DNA from: Planctomycetota bacterium
GTDB taxonomy: Bacteria > Planctomycetota > UBA11346
Assembly: GCA_038231435.1 (NCBI GenBank)
Contig: JBBRLJ010000009.1
Location: 1 to 64,000, forward strand
Direction: 5' to 3'
DNA length: 64,000 nucleotides
Position numbers and translations under genes: made by a program. The notes beneath the pieces were generated by a model. That model was not told the DNA's origin. It worked only from the letters and a program-made list of their open reading frames with translations, and ran no database searches. Within the stretch, counting starts at the first letter, position 1; every line of letters starts with the position of its first letter. Shown here piece after piece: positions 59,527-64,000 of the stretch.

Positions 59527-60036
59527 TCACTTCTTGGATTGGTCCTTGTTGTAGCGGTCGCTCAGCACAGCCGAGAAATCCGCGCTGCGGTACCGGCTCG
59601 GTCCAGTGATCAGGATGTTGAACGAGAAGGCGGTATCCTCGCTGCGCGGAACGCGGATGAATGGCACCTGATGGTGCTGGGCGGCCTGGGCGTCGAGTGG
59701 GCTGTCGCCGATGAACACCGCATCCGCAGCCGCGACCTTGAAATCCGCGAGCGGCAGGTCGAGGCGTTTGCGTTGCCGCTGGTCCGGCAGCGCCTCGGAG
59801 GCGTTTCCAGCGTGGTAGATCGCCTGGAAGAAATGACGGATGCCGGCCTGCTTGAGCGTGCTGGCGATCAGCTCCTCGGTGGCGTCGCTGATCACCACCA
59901 CCGGCACCTTGAGATCGCGCACGAAGTGCTGCAGGAATTGCCCGATCCCCAGGCGAGGCGCATAGGCTCGGCCCTTGAGTTCGACCAGGGTCTCGAAGCA
60001 ATCCATCAGGATCAGCTTCACGCCCCGCGCGATCAT
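59527..60036 (-). CDS. HAD-superfamily hydrolase
   Basis: ILMDCFETL motif I variant, VISD, FIGDSPLD. Confidence 0.7.
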   Translation of the reverse strand: MIARGVKLILMDCFETLVELKGRAYAPRLGIGQFLQHFVRDLKVPVVVISDATEELIASTLKQAGIRHFFQAIYHAGNASEALPDQRQRKRLDLPLADFKVAAADAVFIGDSPLDAQAAQHHQVPFIRVPRSEDTAFSFNILITGPSRYRSADFSAVLSDRYNKDQSKK

Positions 60037-60199
60037 GGTTTCGCCACCGAACTGCTGCATCCATGCAGTGTCCCCAGGCGGAGTCCGTTTCAATCCACTT
60101 TCGTGTCGAGACGTATCGCGGCGAGCGCCGATCCGGCACGATCGATCAACGTCAACTAAGGCCGGCGTGCGTGATCTAGGACTGCCGTCGAATCGCGTT

Positions 60200-61714
60200 T
60201 CAGTCCAATGACGCCTGTTCGCCGGTGCGGATGACATCCAGCACCTCGGCGGCGGTCTCGGCGTTCTTCAGGCGGTCCTCGACGTACTCGCTGTTCTCGA
60301 GGATGCCGGCGATGCGCGCCTGCAGGCGCTGATGGACGCGCGCCATGCCGGCCGGGGTGAGCAATACGAAGAGCAGATTGGCGCGCTCGGTGGTGCCCTC
60401 GACCGGGATCCCCTGCTCGGAGCGGATGAACAGCAGCGCCGGTCTCGGCAGGCCGGGGATGCGCGCGTGGGGCAGGGCGACGCCCTTGCCGAGGTAGGTG
60501 CCGGCGACGCGCTCACGCTCGAGCACCGCACGGATCACCGATTCGGTGTCGAGTCCCAGGTCGCCCTCGGGGATGCGTGAGAGCGCCTGGCGGATCGCCG
60601 AGGCCAGCGAGCCGGCCTCGATGCCCAGGATGACACGACCGACGGTGATGACCTCGCCCAGCTGGATCGGCGTGTCGACCTCGAACTCGTCGGTGACCGT
60701 GCCGATGATCTCCTCGATGATGTCTTCCATGGTGATGAAGCCAGTCCAGGCGCCCTCGGCGCCGATGACGATGGCGACGTGGATGCGCCGGCGCTGCATG
60801 TCGGCGAGCAGGTTCTCGAGCGCGGTGGACTCCGAGGTGATCAGGTACGGCCGCGCCAGCTTCATCAGATCGGGCTCGGGCATCGGCTGCAGCAGCAAAT
60901 CCTTCACGTGCACCATGCCGAAGGGTTTTTCGGCATGCTCGTTCTCGAGCAGCGGAAAGCGTGAGTAGCGATAGGCCCTCAGCACCTCGAGGTTCATCTC
61001 CCAGGGCGCGTGCAGGTGCAGGAAGCGCACGCTGGCACGGCGGCGCATCGCGTCCGCGACCTTGAGCTCGCCGAGCTCGAAGATGTTCTCCATGAACAGC
61101 AGCCGACGGAACGACATGATGCCGGTGGACTGCGAGCGGTCGAGGATGATGCGCAGCTCATCCTCTGAATGCTGCTCGCCCTCGGCCTGGGGCTTGAGGC
61201 CGAACAGGCGCAAGATCACCTGCGAGGCACCGTTGAGGATCTTGAGCGGGACATAGAAGATGGTGCGCGAGATGCTCAAGGGCAAGGCCGTGAAGGTCGC
61301 CGCCTTGTCCGACAGGCGCAGCGCGACCAGCTTGGGAATCTGCTCGCCGAACAGGATGTGCACACCGGACACCACGAATACGCCGATCAGACTGGCGACG
61401 CCGTGTGCCCATTCATCGACGTGCGGCAGGCCGAGCTTCTCGATGTAGGGCTGCACGAGCATCTTCGCCATCGGCTCGCCGACGAAACCGAGCGCGATCG
61501 AGGCGAAGGTGATGCCGACCTGGCAGACCGAGAGATACTCGTCAAGATTCTCGTTGATGTGCTGGACGAGCTTGGCGCGCGCGTTGCCTTGATTGATCAG
61601 CTCCTCGATCTTCGACGAACGCACCTTCACCGCCGCGAATTCGGCGAGCACGAAGAAGGCGTTCAGCAGCAGCAGGCACGCCGCGGCGATCAGATAGAGC
61701 ATGACGGCGGTCAT
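60200..61714 (-). CDS. CNNM/DUF21-CBS (hemolysin/CorB-like) protein fused to a PTS EIIA domain
   Basis: NAFFVLAEFA, QVGIT, GEQIPK, YSRFP, EDIIEEIIG, then ERER..GTYLGKGVALPHAR (EIIA phospho-His). Confidence 0.88.
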   Translation of the reverse strand: MTAVMLYLIAAACLLLLNAFFVLAEFAAVKVRSSKIEELINQGNARAKLVQHINENLDEYLSVCQVGITFASIALGFVGEPMAKMLVQPYIEKLGLPHVDEWAHGVASLIGVFVVSGVHILFGEQIPKLVALRLSDKAATFTALPLSISRTIFYVPLKILNGASQVILRLFGLKPQAEGEQHSEDELRIILDRSQSTGIMSFRRLLFMENIFELGELKVADAMRRRASVRFLHLHAPWEMNLEVLRAYRYSRFPLLENEHAEKPFGMVHVKDLLLQPMPEPDLMKLARPYLITSESTALENLLADMQRRRIHVAIVIGAEGAWTGFITMEDIIEEIIGTVTDEFEVDTPIQLGEVITVGRVILGIEAGSLASAIRQALSRIPEGDLGLDTESVIRAVLERERVAGTYLGKGVALPHARIPGLPRPALLFIRSEQGIPVEGTTERANLLFVLLTPAGMARVHQRLQARIAGILENSEYVEDRLKNAETAAEVLDVIRTGEQASLD

Positions 61715-61793
61715 CGGGGGGAGCAGTGTCGCAATCCCGCCCGAATGAGAAGAGCCGGCTTGTTAGTGCTTTGCTATACAGTGCTTACACAAG

Positions 61794-64000
61794 TCACAGC
61801 GCCATCGACCGAAGCGGTTCCTGCCAAGCCGCCTTGAGACCATCGATGCCGGCTGCGAGCGCCCCGCCCATCCCGCTGACCCGCAGTTCGCGGTGCGAGG
61901 CGACTTCGCCGACGGCCGCGTGCGGCACGGAACCCAAGAGCGCTCGCGCCTCGGCCAATCGCGCCGCTGGCACGGTGAGCACGATGCGGCTGTTCGATTC
62001 GCTGAACAACAGCTGGTCGAGCCGTTCGAGACCCTTGGCGCGAGGGATCTTCGCGGCGTCGACGTCGAGACCGAACCCGCCCGCAAACGCCATCTCGGCG
62101 AGCGTGACGCCGAGACCGCCATCGGAGCAGTCGTGGGCCGCGGACACCACCCCGGCCCGGCAGCACGCAGCGACCGCGGCGAGCACCGGTTTCGACAGCG
62201 CGCGGTCGAGCTTCGGGATGAAGCCGCCGGACACGCCGAGCATGGCCAGGTACTCGCTACCACCCAGTTCGTCGCGGGTCTCGCCGACCACCACCAGCGC
62301 ATCGCCCGGACGCTTCACGTCCATGGTGACCGCCTTGGTGCAGTCGGGCATGACGGTCATCGCGGTGATCAGGAGCGTATGCGGGATGCGGATGGTGCGT
62401 CCCTCGTAGGTGAACTCGTTCGAGAGGCTGTCCTTGCCCGAGATGAACGGTGTTCCGTAGTACATCGCGAGCTCGTAACAGGCCTGGCATGCGCGCACCA
62501 GGGCGCCGAATACGTCGGGGTCCGTGCATTTCGCCCAGCTGAAATTGTCGAGGATGGCGACGCGCTCGAGCGGCGCTCCGACGCACGCGAGATTGCGCAG
62601 CGCCTCCTCGATGCCGGCGGCGGCGGCATGCCACGCGTCGACGTCCCCGAAGTTGGTGTTGAGCCCGCACGCCACCGCGACCCCGCGGTCGCTGCCGGGG
62701 CGCGGAGCCACCACCGCCGCATCGCTCGGGCCATCATGGGTCACGCCGACCAGCGGCTTCACGATCGAGCCCGCCTGCACCTCGTGGTCGTATTGGCGGA
62801 TCACCCATTCCTTGCTCGCCACGTTGGGCCTGCCGAGCACGCGCGCGAGCGCCTGCCCCAGATCGGCTGGCGCGGCGAACGCCGCTGCCGCCTCGGGCTT
62901 GGGCACGAAGCGGGCCGATCTCTTGAGGCGCGGCACGCCATCGTGCAGGAAATGCATATCCAGGTCGCCGACCTGCTCGCCGTGGTAGCGCAGCTCGAGC
63001 CGGTGGGTGCCGGTGATCTCACCGATGTCGGTCGCGTCGACGCCCTCGGCGGCGAAGATCGCCAACGCCTTGGCGAGCATGGCGGTCGAGACCGCCGCAA
63101 CCATGCGCTCCTGCGACTCGCTGATCCAGATCTCGGCGTAGCTCAGGCCCGCGTACTTCAACGGCACGCGATCGAGATGGACGACGCAGCCGAGCTCGCC
63201 GGCCATCTCGCCGACCGCGCTCGACAGGCCGCCCGCGCCGCAATCGGTGATGGCGGTGAAGCAACCGGCGTCGCGCGCCTGCAGCATGGTGTCGAGGACC
63301 TTCTTCTCCTCGATGGCGTTGCCGATCTGCACCGCGCCGCTTGAGACTACCTCGGACTTGTCGGTGAGCTCGGCGCTGCTGAAGGTGGCGCCGTGGATGC
63401 CGTCGCGGCCGGTGCGGCCGCCGATCACCAGGATATGGTCGCCGATGCGCGCCGCCTTGTCGACCGCCGCGCGCGGGATCAGGCCGCCGGTCCCGCAGAA
63501 CACCACCGGATTGCCGACGTAACGCTTGTCGAAGCGGATGGCGCCGTTGACGGTGGGGATGCCCATGCGGTTGCCATAGTCGCGCACGCCGGAGACCACG
63601 CCGCGCATCAGGCGGCGTGGATGGATGGTGCCGGGCGGCAGCGAATCGGCTTCCGCGTCGAGCTCGCCGAAGCAGAACACGTCGGTGTTGAAGATGGGCT
63701 TGGCGCCGATGCCGGTGCCGATGACGTCGCGCACCACGCCACCGAGCCCGGTGTTAGCGCCGCCGTACGGCTCGATCGCCGACGGGCGGTTATGGGTCTC
63801 GACCTTGATGCAGACGCCGAAATCGTCGTCGTATGCGATGACACCGCTGTTGTCCTTGAACACCGACAAGCACCACGGCGCGGCCAGCTCGGTGGTGGCC
63901 CGGGCGATGGTCTGCTTGAGCAGGTTGTCGATCACCACGGTGCCATGCGGCCCAGGACGCCCGGCGGAATCGACCCCCTGCGGACCGGTGTATTCGACCA
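61794..64000 (-). CDS. purL: Phosphoribosylformylglycinamidine synthase subunit PurL (5' end beyond the window)
   Basis: KVETHNRPSAIEPYGGA, GRDGIHGA, DCGAGG, SESQERM, ISGKDSL, HDCSDGGL. Confidence 0.95.
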   Translation of the reverse strand, partial: VEYTGPQGVDSAGRPGPHGTVVIDNLLKQTIARATTELAAPWCLSVFKDNSGVIAYDDDFGVCIKVETHNRPSAIEPYGGANTGLGGVVRDVIGTGIGAKPIFNTDVFCFGELDAEADSLPPGTIHPRRLMRGVVSGVRDYGNRMGIPTVNGAIRFDKRYVGNPVVFCGTGGLIPRAAVDKAARIGDHILVIGGRTGRDGIHGATFSSAELTDKSEVVSSGAVQIGNAIEEKKVLDTMLQARDAGCFTAITDCGAGGLSSAVGEMAGELGCVVHLDRVPLKYAGLSYAEIWISESQERMVAAVSTAMLAKALAIFAAEGVDATDIGEITGTHRLELRYHGEQVGDLDMHFLHDGVPRLKRSARFVPKPEAAAAFAAPADLGQALARVLGRPNVASKEWVIRQYDHEVQAGSIVKPLVGVTHDGPSDAAVVAPRPGSDRGVAVACGLNTNFGDVDAWHAAAAGIEEALRNLACVGAPLERVAILDNFSWAKCTDPDVFGALVRACQACYELAMYYGTPFISGKDSLSNEFTYEGRTIRIPHTLLITAMTVMPDCTKAVTMDVKRPGDALVVVGETRDELGGSEYLAMLGVSGGFIPKLDRALSKPVLAAVAACCRAGVVSAAHDCSDGGLGVTLAEMAFAGGFGLDVDAAKIPRAKGLERLDQLLFSESNSRIVLTVPAARLAEARALLGSVPHAAVGEVASHRELRVSGMGGALAAGIDGLKAAWQEPLRSMAL

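Overview
GC-rich (roughly two-thirds G+C by eye) bacterial chromosome segment, most likely Planctomycetota (inferred from a Ser/Thr kinase-FGE fusion, an insert-bearing signal peptidase I, an ECF/FecR module and a zinc-finger membrane protein). It opens in the right end of an IS3-family element. It then carries mostly housekeeping genes: pssA/psd, prfA, rpmE2-rplI-rpsR-ssb-rpsF-rpsT, def, a kinase/sigma54-regulator pair, surE, an M1 peptidase, lemA/M48 protease, proB, tatC, trpBA, nagB, gap, rsmB, holA, lptB, lepB, plsC and partial purL. There are two accessory modules. One is a ~13 kb aryl-polyene-like type II PKS/FAS lipid cluster with atypical tailoring genes (21.3-34.6 kb). The other is an ECF sigma/FecR-beta-helix/secreted beta-helix module (47.3-52.3 kb). 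Main oddities: RF1 reads GCQ instead of the universal GGQ and is followed by a GNAT rather than prmC; a REP-like hairpin element with compensatory base changes sits at gene 3' ends and has invaded one ORF; inverted heptamer-repeat cassettes occupy successive operon junctions; and there is a CNNM/CBS-PTS EIIA fusion. All family calls come from motif recognition, not database searches, and several start codons are estimates.
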